Below the pieces are notes generated by a model that was not told the origin of the DNA, did no database searches, and was given only the letters and a program-made list of their open reading frames with translations. Source: the human T2T-CHM13v2.0 reference genome, Homo sapiens. Taken from it: a stretch of 64,000 bases of DNA. The DNA lies in the NCBI RefSeq assembly GCF_009914755.1, contig NC_060942.1. One strand, 5' to 3'. Both the position numbers and the translations under genes were made by a program. Positions 28,340-46,634 of the stretch are shown here, piece by piece. Numbering within the stretch: the stretch's first letter is position 1; every line of letters begins with the position of its first letter.

Positions 28340-29500
28340 AGAATACTGATTGAAAAGAATGGTTGTTACCTATGCCAGAAAATAAGGACATGATTTAAAA
28401 AATGAAGGGGGCATGTCACAGAGACACAGGTGCCAGCCTATACCCAAATGGAGAAACATAGGACCATTTGAAGAAACAAGGACAGCAATATATCATAGTA
28501 CACTGAATGGCATAAGAATCCACAAGTCCATGCTCATAATAGCAGGTAAGTAAAAAAATAAATAAACAGAAGAGAAAAAAATGCTTTTCCTTACAGGAGA
28601 ATGACGGCTAACAAATACAAGAAGGAATGGTGGAGTTAAGTTAGAAAAGAACTGTTTTGCCACCTTCATAGTAAAAACAGAATCAGACAGGAATCATCAA
28701 TAACTACTTAATAGGGGAGTGGTGGGGGGAGAAGATTTAGGGAAAGAGCAAGATAGTTACAGAGTCTAAAAGTACGTCCTCTCAAATTTCCCAGTAATCA
28801 CAAAGTAAATGGTAATTATACAGCAGAGAAACTGGACAATACGTTAACCAAGTGATCAAAACTAAAATCACCAATAAGGGGCAAAGGACATCCCTTGCCA
28901 TTATCACAACACAGAGCAGACCAGCCAAGACTGCATAGCCTCATCAAATCACGAGGACACGGGGAAACCCAAACTGAGGGTTGTTTTAGAAAATAATTTG
29001 CCTGTATTCTTTAAAAAATGTCTATATCACGAAAGACAAAGACGGCTGAGGAACTTGTTCCAGATTAAAGGAGACTAAAGAGATACAAGAGCAAAATACA
29101 ATAAGTGGTCCTAGACTGGATGTTGTCCCAGAGGCGGAAAAAATGCAGCAAGGCATTATTGGGACAATCAACAAAACTGGAACATGGACAGTAGATTAAA
29201 GTATTAAATGTACTGAATTTGCTACCAGTGCTGTGGTTATATAAGAGGATATCCTTGTTCTTAGGAAATACACAGTGAAGTATTAGGGGGATGTATGCTG
29301 TCTACTCTCAAATAACTGAGAAAAAAATAAATAGCATATTTGTCTGTATTTGTATGTGCATTTGGTGGGGAGGGAGGAGGGTAAGAATGATAAAAAACAA
29401 ATGTGGCAAAATGATACTAAAAATGGGTAAAACCGGGGAAATGGCACAAGGGAGTAAACTATACTACTGCAACTTCAAAATAAAATTACAAAAGCAAAAC
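28340..29500 (+). mobile_element. old L1M (L1ME/MC-like) 3' region
   Basis: GGCTGAGGAACTTGTTCCAGATTAAAGGAGACTAAAGAGA...GTGGTTATATAAGAGGATATCCTTGTTCTTAGGAAATACAC. Confidence 0.75.
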
Positions 29501-29639
29501 AAAAAACAGCAGCCCAAATAACATTGAGGGGTGTCAGTATTCAACTAGCTTGAATGAAGAGTAATTCAACTTGTAATTAGTAGTGCAGGATAAAGAATTA
29601 AATCCTTAGAAACATTTAGTAGCTAACATGATCACAGTC

Positions 29640-29880
29640 ATCACCATTAACATTTATGGAGGCTTACTTAGTGGTAAACACTCTGAAAGGTGTTTCTCTT
29701 TCGATCTTCACAATTACCCTAAGAGAAAGGCACTATAATTATCTTCACTTTATAGATGAGGAAACAAAGATTTAAAGAGGTTTAGTAGCTTGCCCAAAGT
29801 AATATAGACAGAAAATGGCAGAATGAGAAATCAAACTTGGTTGTTTGATTACAAAGCTGGTGGGCTTTACTACTCTGTTA
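29640..29880 (-). mobile_element. MIR
   Basis: CTTCACAATTACCCT...CACTTTATAGATGAGGAAAC...GCTTGCCCAAAGT. Confidence 0.75.
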
Positions 29881-30196
29881 AACATTTTAAATTACTGTTT
29901 ATTAGCTGCCCTAAAAAAAAGTAAGATTCATTTCAACCTAGATGAAATTCTGAAAAATTGGTAAAATATACATATATAAGGGTTTCCTCTAATTAAAACT
30001 AGAGCACAAATAAGCTAGGGAGACATAAATGATTTTTGGTCTCCACAATGTACTATATGCTCTCTTTTTTCCAAGGGCTAAACCTGGCAATAAATAGATT
30101 CTTGGAGACAAAATATATACACTATAACCTTGAAATGATCAATCATATCAAGACTCCTGGGTCTCCATTTTACACGGTAATCAAAACATACTCCCA

Positions 30197-30497
30197 GGCC
30201 AGGTATGATGGCTCATACCTGTAATTCCAACATTTTGAAAGGCCAAGGCAGGTGGATTGCTTGAGACCTGGAGTTTGAGACCAGCAACAAAGCGAGAACT
30301 GGTATCTACAAAAAATTGACAAGTTGGCCGGGCGTAGTGCCAGGTACAAGCCTGTAGTGCCAGCTACTCAAGAGGCTGAGGTGGGAGGATCCTTTGAGCC
30401 CAGTAGTCCAGGGCTGCAGTGAGCCATGAACACACCACTGCATTCTGGCCTGGGTGACAGAGTGACACCTTGTTTCAAAACAAACAAACAAAAAACA
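30197..30497 (+). mobile_element. AluJ
   Basis: Diverged dimer with GGGAGGATCCTTTGAGCCCAG...GGCTGCAGTGAGCCATGA and a (CAAA)n tail. Confidence 0.9.
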
Positions 30498-31083
30498 CTT
30501 ATAAAACCACACTGCCTTCTTATTTACCTGTTTATAAAATTTTTTTTAAAAAAACTACCAAATCACTAAATTTGTCTTGTAAAGCAAGTTTCATGGTGCT
30601 ATCTTAAGATATGAAACACAAAACAAAATGATCAGCTGGAATCTATTTGTACCTCAAAACTTCTACCTAAACTTCTTGTTGAAAAAATTGAGGAAGACAG
30701 CTTAGAACATTCAGACACTCATGACCAGCGATTCATTCTATTTTGTTTAATGGCAAATGATCTCATGAACTATTTGGTCCTATTTCAAGCTTTTCTTTCT
30801 TTAATGTATTTTCTCTCCTTTATGTTGAATGATGTGATCTTAGTGCCCATGTTTCCTCTTAAGTCTTGGCACCTCAATTTCATTTTTAAAAATGTATCAT
30901 TTGCAACATAATCCGTCACCTTCCTTATGGATCAAAAGCAAGCTGCTCAACAATATCACATCTTTCTTCCCAATGGAAGCTGGATGGTTCTTTTAAAAAG
31001 AAGTTCCAAACACCAAAATATTTACAAATATTTGTGTGTGTTTGAGGAAATCTTATCTCACATTGTGGATGCTCATTCTAGAA

Positions 31084-31250
31084 CAATGGGTTCCCAACAC
31101 TGGCTGTATATTTTAACCATGGGGGAGCTTTTAAAATTCTGATATCCAGCCAACACTCCAGACCAATTAACTTCTGGAGGTAGGACCCCACATCAGTCTT
31201 TTTAAAGTTCTCCAGGTGAATCCAATGTATAACCAAGTTTGAGATCCCTA
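31084..31250 (+). mobile_element. MER5-type (hAT-Charlie) DNA transposon
   Basis: GGGGGAGCTTTTAAAATTCTGAT...CCAGACCAATTAA...TTTTAAAGTTCTCCAGGTGAATCCAATGT. Confidence 0.75.
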
Positions 31251-33144
31251 AGTCAAACACCCATAGCCACAAAGAATTTTCTTTTGAGTACAGATCCAAA
31301 GGCTTCAGGTGTTTTTTAGAATTGGTATAACTTGTTAAGGACTGTACAGTCCAACTGGTGAGTGTGTACACAGGAAAAGGTAATTGAATGAAGACTGAGG
31401 ACGTGTGCTAAATGAATGGGACACATCAGGAGACCATGTGGGGCTGCGGAGGACGGCTGAACCCTCCTGATGAAATGATGAGCTGAGGGAGGTAACTCCA
31501 GCTAGCTAGAGACTGTGTAAATGGAAAAGTGTCTAGTATGTTCAGGAAACAGTTAGACGACTAATGTAGCAAGAGTGGGAGGTTCACTCTTCGGAATAGA
31601 AAAGATCAGTTTGGAGAAGTAGACCAGAACCAGCCTCTGGAAAGCATTCAACAACAAGTCAAAGAATCTAGCAGCAGGATGCAGTCTCTAAAGGGGTTTG
31701 AGGAAGTGATAAAATGAGGGCACTCTTTTGGGAAGACTGATTTGACAGAGCTTTTCACAGCGCTTTTGCGGGAAAGACTAAAACGTAATTTCCTCATAGA
31801 TGAATACAGCAGATTAGGTAAAAGTATATAGGATGAAGCAATGTAGCAATTTACCTTTCTTTCCAGTTTTCCACAAAGACAGAAACAGAATTTGGACTTG
31901 CTAAAAGTAGCATGTATCTCACTACTAGTAGGAACCATTCTGATGACAGAATGGGTAGGGTAGGGGGTTTGTTTCATTCTCTGCCCCTGTGAAAACTGCC
32001 CCACTTGCCTGAGTTACAATCTAACAGATGTAATGCTTTCTACAAGTATACATTTCTCTTTTTCCATGAAGGCTACTCTTAGGGCTAGGAAATACAATTC
32101 TAGAGGACAAAGTTTTAGGCCACAGAAATTCTGTCTTATAATTTTTTTGAGTAAGAAGGATTTTTGAGAAGCTAAGTAATCCCTGGGTCGTATCAGCATT
32201 TGAAGATTCCCAGGAATCAAAAATGGTACCAAACTATTCATTCATTCATTAAATATTCATCAAACAAATACCATTTACTGTGTCTAGACAGTGGGAATAC
32301 AGTAAGGTCCCTTTTCCAAATAATAACTCTCTGTGCATTGTAAAGGGGTTATTCGAGAACACAATGGCAGTCTAGGGCTACACAATTTATGGTTAGTTGA
32401 TTAAGGTATTCTGAACAGACTTGGAAAATATTGAACAATACTAGAGAAAAGGCTAAGATCCTTTATATAATGTATTATAAGTGCCGGAAAAAGCATATGG
32501 TAACATAAGTTTTTTTTTTTAATGGCATTTATAAGCTATCACTATTTAAAGCTTATTTAAGCCACTAGATGTATCCCAACCTCCTAGAACAGTACTGGCA
32601 CACAGAATATACTCAATAAAAATCAGTTATATGGCACTATTGCATTGAGTCGGGTTCAAAGTGAGGTGAGAAGGCAGGTATTACACTCATTTAACTAAAG
32701 TAGTGAGGGCATCTCAGTTGCCTGTAATCTAAATGCCTATTGAAAGGAGAGACATATCCAGGTATATGAACTACCAATCCAATACTTTTAAACCCAGACC
32801 ACAATGTTAATTTGTGAGACGGAATCTTGTGAAATCTTCACAAAGTCATTCACAAAAGCAATGTTCAAACTGTATACAGGATTCCTCAGAGACATGACCC
32901 CCTGAAGTTCTGAGGTTGGCTACATGTATTGATTTTAATTCCAAGACAATAGAGGTGTTTTATTTGTAAAATTTCTATCTTATAAATACCTAATAAGAAT
33001 CCTCATTTAACTACATGCATTAATTAGAAATACTTCTAACAAAATGAATCTGAGCTTTCACTGATCAATAACCACACACAAATGTTTGATTCTCTAAGTC
33101 ATTCTACTTTCTAGTTCACAGACAATTCTTAGAGGAAAAGTTTA

Positions 33145-33369
<225 letters not shown>

Positions 33370-33629
33370 TTAGAATTCATAATCTGCTTTCTCCATACTT
33401 TGCAATAAAATTTCATTAGTTAAAACTTGACTAATGCAGAAGTTGACAGTTCATCCCAAGATGAGATAAAGTTTACCTCTGAATTGTTTTTTTTTTTTTT
33501 TTAAAAAAGGGTATTCCACACCAAGCTGACAACTGTACATAGAAGTCCATAAAAAATGTTTCCCACTCATTTGCAAATAGCTATTCAAATATCACATTAT
33601 ACCTAAATGATTATGTTTTAATGATAATA

Positions 33630-33865
33630 AAACATTTATTAAGTGCCTAGAATATATTAGGTACTGTTTAGATGCTTTGCATATACTATTTCATGTAATA
33701 AGATAACTTTAGGAGGTAGGTAAAAGGTAATGCTCCTTCTTTACAGGTGAGAAAAATCAAAGTTTGAAATGTTAACATGTCTAAGCTCACAGATTTAATA
33801 AACTGAAAAGTGAGGATTCAAAGCTAGGTCAGATAGATTGAAAGCTTATGATTTAATCACCACAA
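33630..33865 (-). mobile_element. MIR
   Basis: AACATTTATTAAGTGCC...TTTACAGGTGAGAAAA...GAGGATTCAAAGCTAGGTC. Confidence 0.7.
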
Positions 33866-34432
33866 TAAAGCTACAAAAATAAATAATCTTATCTCTGTTG
33901 AAAGAGTACTTGAAATTAAATACTCACAGTTCCTTTTAAATTTTATGTTTGCCAATTTTCTCTGGCCTCCTACCAAACTTCCCGATCAATTAAAAATAAT
34001 GATTTATAGCATACAAATGAAATTTCTTTTCATTTTAATATTTTCTGAAGTATCTTTTCGGCATTTGAACGGATGACAAACTATTTCAAAAGAGAAATTC
34101 ATTTCCTGAAACTTAAAAGATGTTTTTCTAGATGCTGAAATAATCCGTTCCATTAATCCTAGTTTAGTAATTTTCAGTGCTCAATGAAAATATCTGAAAA
34201 GGCTAACTTTTTATACAGAAAACAGCCTTATTTTGACACTATATTACAGTAATTAAGTTATTAGTGATTTAACTGTGTTTTGAAATGGCATTTTAGATCT
34301 CTCAAAAATTCTTAAAAATTTCAGTACTTTTTCAATAAATAGAAGAGACTGTAATGATCAACTTGGCTATCCCAACCTAAAATGTCTAATTTGTTTCCAA
34401 AACAGTAATGCAACAATCTTTAAAACAGTCTT

Positions 34433-34738
<306 letters not shown>

Positions 34739-36511
34739 TTAAAACAGTCTTAATGCAGGAATACTTTATAGTGCAAAATACAAAGAGTTAAAAAACTTTA
34801 TAAGGGGACAGGGAGAGAAAAATAGATCTGGAAGTGGAGGTACATTAGCAGAAGGGGGAGAATCCAATTCATCGGGGGGATTTTTCAAACCAGACTATGC
34901 TGCCCATCACCTCTTGAGAGGATGTGGCCTGGCTTTTTCAGAAAGATACTGCCTGGGGGCCAGTGGTACTCATGAGCCCTTTGTATCCCTCAACCACCTT
35001 AGGGCAGGAAGGAAAAATCTAGAACTGCTGCTCCAAAGGAGAAATCATGCAGCCCCCTGCTGAGCATATGCACAGTAGGCAGGAATTACAAGCACCAGGT
35101 TTAGAGTCCCATAGACCTGGTCTCAAGCGATGTTCCGCTACCCACCATGGTGTGGTCTTGGGCACGAACCTCCTTCTTTCACCTGTGAAATAGTTATTAA
35201 TACAACAGGCCCTGCTGCACAGAGTGGATGTGGAGACACACAGTGAATGGAAAGTGTGTAGCACCAGTTCTAGCAGGTATTAGCAGTGATCAGGACACAT
35301 AAGCTACTGATTTTATGGTATGCTTTTTTCCCTCTAAAACGTAATCCTTCTATAAATATTGTAATTCAAGTTATATTAACCTTTAAAAGTTAGGAAATGA
35401 CCTTCAGAGGAGTTGAGAAACTTGCTCAAAGCTGCACAGCATAGTAAGTGGCAGAAGCTGACTTTGGGGTCTCTCTCCATCTCTCTCCTGCTCTTCCAAT
35501 GCCACAATGTCTCTTACCTTGAAAAACACTGACAATAATCCAAAGAAAGGGGAAAAACTGACCTTTGGCTTCAAGTTTCATTCATTCACTCAACCAATAT
35601 AACAAGCACTGTTCTGAGTGCTAGGCGCATACGGGTGAACAAACCCAAGATCGCTGCCCTAGGGCACTTACTATTCAACAGGGAGAAGACAGCCAATACC
35701 AATAACAAAACTAAGTAATTAAATTACAAATTCATTCGAAGGTGAGAGATGCTGGGTGGGGGAAGTAATGGGTAAGAAGATCAGGATTATATAGAACAGG
35801 GGACAGTTCACACATTTATTTTTAACAAGTCCAACAAACATTCATTCATTATCCAACAAACATTTTTTATCTTTTATGCAAAAGGCAATGAGGGAATGGG
35901 CAAAAATATAAAGAAGACTTAGTCCCTACATTCAAGAAGTCATTCTTGAGAGTGAGGTGGGTTCATATGTAATTTTACATTAGAGAAGCCATGATGAGTG
36001 CTACGCAAGAGGAATGAGAAATGTAGAGCACCACCTATGGGGGCAGGGCATAGCCGAACAAAAGGCAGCAGAAACCTCTGCAGACTTAAATGTCCCTGTC
36101 TGACAGCTTTGAAGAGTGTAGTGGTTCTCCCAGCACGGAGTCTGAGATATGAGAATGGACAGACTGCCTCCTCAAGTGGGTCCCTGACCCCCAAGTAGCT
36201 TAACTGGGAAGCACCCCCGAGTAGGGGCAGACTGACACCTCACATGGCCGGGTACCCCTCTGAGACGAAGCTTCCAGAGGAACAATCAGGCAGCAACATT
36301 TGCTGTTCAGCAATATTCGCTGTTCTGCAGCCTCCACTGCTGATACCCAGGCAAACAGGGTCTGGAGTGGACCTCCAGCAAACTCCAACAGACCTGCAGC
36401 TGAGGGTCGTGACTGTTAGAAGGAAAACTAACAAACAGAAAGGACATCCACACCAAAACGCCATCTGTATGTCACCACCATCAAAGACCAAAAGTAGATA
36501 AAACCACAAAG

Positions 36512-37517
36512 ATGGGGAAAAAACAGAGCAGAAAAGCTGAAAACTCTAAAAATCAGAGCACCTCTCCCCCTTCAAAGGAACGCAGCTCCTCGCCAGCAAT
36601 GGAACAAAGGTGGACGAAGAATGACTTTGAAGAGAAGAAGGCTTCAGATAATCAAACTTCTCTGAGCTAAAGGAGGAAGTTCGAACCCATTGCAAAGGAG
36701 ATAAAAACCTTGAAAAAACATTAGACGAATGGCTAACTAGAATAACCAGTGTAGAGAAGTCCTTAAATGACCTAATGGAGCTGAAAACCATGGCACGAGA
36801 ACTACGTGACGAATGCACAAGCTTCAGTAGCCGATGCGATCAACTGGAAGAAAGGGTATCAGTGATTGAAGATCAAATGAATGAAATGAAGCGAGAAGAG
36901 AAGTTTAGAGAAAAAAGAGTAAAAAGAAACGAACAAAGCCTCCAAGAAATATGGGACTATGTGAAAAGACCAAATCTACGTCTGATTGGTGTACCTGAAA
37001 GTGACAGGGAGAATGGAACCAAGGTGGAAAACACTGTGCAGGATATTATCCAGGAGAACTTCCCCAATCTAGCAAGGCCGGCCAACATTCAAATACAGGA
37101 AATACAGAGAATGCCACAAAGATACTCCTCGAGAAGAGCAACTCCAAGACACATAACTGTCAGATTCACCAAAGCTGAAATGAAGGAAAAAATGTTAAGG
37201 GCAGCCAGAGAGAAAGGTCGGGTTATCCACAAAGGGAAGCCCATCAGACTAACAGCGGATCTCTCGGCAGAAACTCTACAAGCCAGAAGAGAGTGGGGGC
37301 CAATATTCAACATTCTTAAAGAAAAGAATTTTCAACCCAGAATTTCATATCTAGTCAAACTAAGATAAGTGAAGGAGAAATAAAATACTTTACAGACAAG
37401 CAAATGCTGAGAGATTTTGTCACCACCAGGCCTGCCCTACAAGAGCTCCTGAAGGAAGCACTAAGCATGTAAAGGAACAACCAGTACCAGCCACTGCAAA
37501 AACATGCCAAATTGTAA
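36512..37517 (+). pseudogene. L1 ORF1p, disrupted
   Basis: ATGGGGAAAAAACAGAGC start; 197-aa piece MELKTMARELRDECTS...KNFQPRISY; frameshifts and stops. Confidence 0.92.
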
Positions 37518-37580
37518 AGACCATCAAGGCTAGGAAGAAACTGCATCAACTAACGAGCAAAATAACCAGCTAACATCATA

Positions 37581-41426
<3,846 letters not shown>

Positions 41427-43219
41427 ACAATGAGAACACCTGGACACAGCAAGGGGAACATCACACACCAGGGCCTGTCGTGGGGTTGGGGGGAGAGGGG
41501 AGGGATAGCATTAGGAGATACACCTAATGTAAATGACGAGTTAATGGGTGCAGCACACCAACATGGCACATGTATACATATGTAACAAACCTGCACATTG
41601 TGCACATGTACCCTAGAACTTAAAGTATAAAAATAAAAAATAATAATAAAGACTAATTGAATATAAAAAAGAAATAAAAAGAAGACAGATGTAGAAACTT
41701 AATAACTGCTAAGTTTTTTTAAGTACTTACTATGTTCCAGATAATGGTCTTAAAAAGAAAAAAAAAGAAATGTAGAGCAGAGATCGAGACTTCAGCAGAG
41801 GAGATCAAGAAAAATGTGAAAGGGCAAATACAGCATGTGAGCTGCTCTTTCTTTGAAGAATGAGTTGGGCTTAGATAAGAGAGAGGCAAAGGGGAACCAC
41901 TGAAGGGTTTTGGATGAGAAGATGGCCAAAGCTCTGCTTTAGAAAAATTAATCTGGCGGAACTCTAAAAGATGGATTGGAGAAGAGAGAAACCAGAGCCA
42001 TGGGGCGTATGCAGAAAACCCAGAGGTAGAACACACTGCCATTCGGGGGAAAAAAATGTTGTTTTCCGCAACTAAATTGTTGTATCATAAAAACTGTTTT
42101 AATTTTATCCCACAGTGGGCTCTAAAGAGGCAGCCAAGAAACAACTGCAGTCAAGTTAATCAAAATGAAAATTTAATGTTAAGTCCTACTGCTAGCTGGT
42201 GTAGTAAACACTCCAGCAAGAGGATTCAGAATGATTTTTAAAGCCATAAAGTAGTAAGAAACCAATGCTTATGTCTTTTTTTATTTTAACTGAGCTGTGT
42301 GCCTGCTTTAGGCAAAAAAAGTTCCAGAAAAACTGTCTAGAAATAAAACTTAATATAATCACTTAAAATATCCTAGGGTAGGCCACTAATAGAGACATTA
42401 TACTAAATGAATTCATAAAGTAAACAATTTTGTGACATAATTATTCTGTTGCTTAACTACTACATATAATGTACTAAAATTTATATATTTAACTCAACAA
42501 TGTAGTAATGAGACATCTAAAAGAAGTGCATGTTAAATTCCAAAATATGTAAATGCCATCCTGAAATTTCCCCACATTTAACATGCTTCTGGGATATGCT
42601 TGGATTTTACTTGCCCCATTTGACCTTGATCCTTTCAACATTAAGTCCTACCTACCTCTAAAAATAATTTTTAACACTAGGATAACTAGAATCCATGAAA
42701 CCTTCAAAGTTAGTCTGCTTAAAAAAAAGGATTCAATTTCAAAATCCAAAATAAATATTTATAAAGTGGACATGCACAAATGGGTAATTCTCTTTTCTGC
42801 TCTTTTGGCTTCTGTGCCAACAGATCTCCTGAGCCACTTTTCTGATCCCTCCTTGCTATTTTCTCTCAGTGCTTTCTCCTTGACATTTGCCATAACTGTA
42901 GGAGCTATCGAGGCTCCACCCTTAGCCTGTTCCCCCTGTCTCCTCTACAATCTTATATATTTCTCAAGGATTCAATTAGTTGTAGACAACTCAAAATCCT
43001 TGTTAATACCAGCTGCTAACTTTTATTCGGAGTCCTATTCTGGACTTTATTTCCCACACATTTTCTAACTAGATATCCCCCTGCCCTTCATTAGGCATCA
43101 TATATTCAATCAACACACACTTACTGAGGGTCAATTATGTTCTAGGACCTGGAAACTTGGTAATGAACCATGTATCTGTGCTCGTGGAGTGGACCTTTTG
43201 GTTGGATTTTCAATCTTTT

Positions 43220-43513
43220 CTTTCCTTCTTTTTCTTTTATTGAGACAGAGTCTTGCTCTGTTGCCCAGGTTGAAGTACAGTGGTGTGATCTCAGCTCACT
43301 GCAACCTCTGCCTCCCAGGTTCAAGTGATTCTCGTGCCTCAGCCTCCTGAGTAGCTGGGATTACAGGCGTGCACCACTACACCCAGCTAATTTTTGTATT
43401 TTTAGGTTTTGCCATGTTGGCCAGGCTGGTCTCAAACTCATGGCCTCAAGTGATCTGCCTGCTTCGGCCTCCCAAAGCGCTGGGATTACAGGAGTGAGCC
43501 ACTGTGCCTGGCC
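43220..43513 (-). mobile_element. AluS
   Basis: Reverse dimer with a small deletion; TSD TCAATCTTTT at 43210-43219 and 43514-43523. Confidence 0.93.
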
Positions 43514-43881
43514 TCAATCTTTTCATTCTCCTAATGTATTTAAATATTGCTGCAGATAACATTTTAAAAAATGAAAATGTAGTACTACTTACATGCCTTC
43601 AACAATTCCATTCATACAGAATGGGGCCCTGAGTCCAATACTCAAGGTCCCCATGATTTACTTCTAATAGTTTACCACCTTATGTTACCCCCTCCCGCTC
43701 CCAACCTACACAAAACCCAAAGGGACTGTTCTCTGTTTACACATATGCTGTACTCTCACTTACACGAGCCCTCTGCTCACTTCAGTTTCCTTGCCTTGGC
43801 CTTTATCTCTCAACCCTTATTTACCCAGTTCCTCACCCTAACTCAAGTGCTACCTTTGTGAATGTCTTCTTGATCCTAATC

Positions 43882-44053
<172 letters not shown>

Positions 44054-45466
44054 TAATCCTACTCATTTAAACTGCAGTGATTTTATGGCTTTGCTTACAG
44101 TCTATGCTGAATTTATAGGTTTGTTTTAGAGCTATGAGTACGTGAATCTTAGATCAACTTTTTAATGTTTATGTATTAATATTTAAAGGCCAACACAGTA
44201 AAAATAACTTAACCTGTAGAAATTACAAGCATTTTTTTCCATTTTAAAACTGGTCTATACATTCACCAACTTTGAGAAACATGGTTGTAGGGGATAAGGA
44301 ACAAAGGTATGCAGGACCATAACATGCTGTTAGTCTTTATTTAGAATATTTCTCCCTGGACATTGAATCTTATTTTTTTTATGCTGATTGTAAGTATTTC
44401 AGCTTTGTCCAAATTGTCATTACCTTCATTACAGTTGAATGTATCTGAATCATTGCATAACTATAGTGCCTTTATGAATTAAAGCACCCTTGTGAATTAC
44501 TTAGGATGGTTGTGAATCAATGTAAGTAGTTATGTAACATCTGTCACAGCAAAACCCAAATCTCTATTAAATGCTTTTTTATTTTTAAACATGAAGATGA
44601 AATACATTTGGATGACTAAATATAATATGTTGATAATCAACTTGTTAGCTTAACTACTGATGAGTTTTCTCTTAAGGTTGGGATGAATCCAGAGAACAAA
44701 ACAGACACACGCTCATGTTGGGTTTTTGGGTTTGTTTCTTTCCATTCTTATGTTGCACAAAAAAAAAAACCCTGGTTGACAGAACAAAGAAAAGGCAAGT
44801 ATATATGTGATTTTAGTTAATTCTATAAGTTGTGTGCTAGTATATTAAGGTGTTTTCTTTTCACATTTGTGTTTCTTTATACTCAGAGTATTGTATTTCA
44901 CATTAGAGTAACTAGCTTGGTCAACCATCTGAAGCTGTATCCCTGCAGAAGGCATGCATGTTTAATCCTTTCAACTCCGAAATACCTAACTTTGCAAATA
45001 TATAATCTTATATGACAGATTTATTTTTCTTTTTAAAGAATGTTTTTATTCCTCATTAGCCTGGTTTTTTCTCAGCACTGTGGTAAAGCCTTGTCTATAG
45101 TGGACATTTAAATAGTTATTGACTGACTAACATGGCCCCACTGAAATAATTTGATTTCTTAGTACATATATAATAAGAATCAGATTGGCTGAACTTGATA
45201 TTGTTTTTATCTGTCACGGACATAAACTGTTCTTATGTCATAGCTAAATCTATTAAACAATGAATAATTTAATAAGTTCTAAGATTTCTGTGTTGGCACT
45301 TAATATAAATTTAAGAGGTGTGCATTATTTTACCAATATCAAAAGGAAAGCTGTTCAAGTGATAATACTGTACTTATTCTTCCTCTTTTAATAAATAGTG
45401 TGGCATAATTTTAATTATGTTTACTTGTCCTTTTCATGTAGAAAGGAAACTTACTGAGTCAGTTAA

Positions 45467-45803
<337 letters not shown>

Positions 45804-45859
45804 TTCTCTTACAATTTAAACTTTTTTCAAAATACCTTCACTGGAAGGGACTGACTATC

Positions 45860-46275
45860 AAATAAGTGTCCTCTTCCTTCCAGGTGCACAGTAGACCACA
45901 ATCCCTAACTGTCCTTGCAGTTAAGTGTGCCATGTCATTGAGTTCTAGCCAATGATGTATGAACAGAAATGACATTTCCTACTTCCTGTCCTGGCCTTAC
46001 CCATGAAAGCTGCTCACAAGCTATCCTCTGTGCTCTTTTCTCGACCAATGGCTAAATATTGACTCTCAGGAATACCTTGGAACAAAGTGAAGATAGCACA
46101 GCTGCCAGCAGGCTGGGTTCCTCAATTCAAACATATTCGAACAAATCACCTACCTATGCCTGGACCACACACTGAGTTGTTATGTAAGAAATACCATTCT
46201 ACTGTGATACTATGCCTGTGATGTGTTGTAGTTTTCTTTTTTTGTTACAGTAGTTAGCCTACCCAAACTAAAACA
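45860..46275 (+). mobile_element. old MaLR LTR (MLT1I/J-like)
   Basis: CCTTGCAGTTAAGTGTGCCATGTCATTGAGTTCTAGCCAATG...TTTGTTACAGTAGTTAGCCTACCCAAACTAAAACA. Confidence 0.65.
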
Positions 46276-46496
46276 TCTGTATACATAACCCTCAACACCA
46301 GCGGTCTTCTAATAATCACAAAAGTTTTATTACACAGGCTGTTCCTTCTAACTATTCTTCATACACACAAACTTACCCTTCACCTTGCAAAGGTAGCTTA
46401 GGCTAAAAAACTCCATTCCTTATTCTTTTAGTTACATTTGATTCTATAAACTGAGGGATATAATTAAACACTATTTAATTAGCATCTTCAAACATT

Positions 46497-46634
46497 ATTT
46501 TTTATTTTTCTTTTTTGTAGAGACGGGGTTTCACCATGTTGCCCAGGCTGGTCTCAAACTCCTGGACTCAAGCAATCCACCCACCTCAACCTCCCAAAGT
46601 GCTTGGATTACAGCGTGAGCCACCGCGCCCAGCC
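46497..46634 (-). mobile_element. FLAM (free left Alu monomer)
   Basis: Left-arm monomer only; 17-bp TSD TAGCATC(T/C)TCAAACATT at 46480-46496 and 46635-46651. Confidence 0.9.

Noticed and set aside
35940-36194. Antisense ORF in the L1 5'UTR as possible ORF0
   Set aside because: ORF0 lies further 5', in the part this copy lacks; this ORF has a non-ATG start and runs out into flanking DNA.
42583-43068. 161-aa hydrophobic ORF
   Set aside because: It lies in pyrimidine-rich, L2-like decayed sequence antisense to the host, with no recognisable domain.
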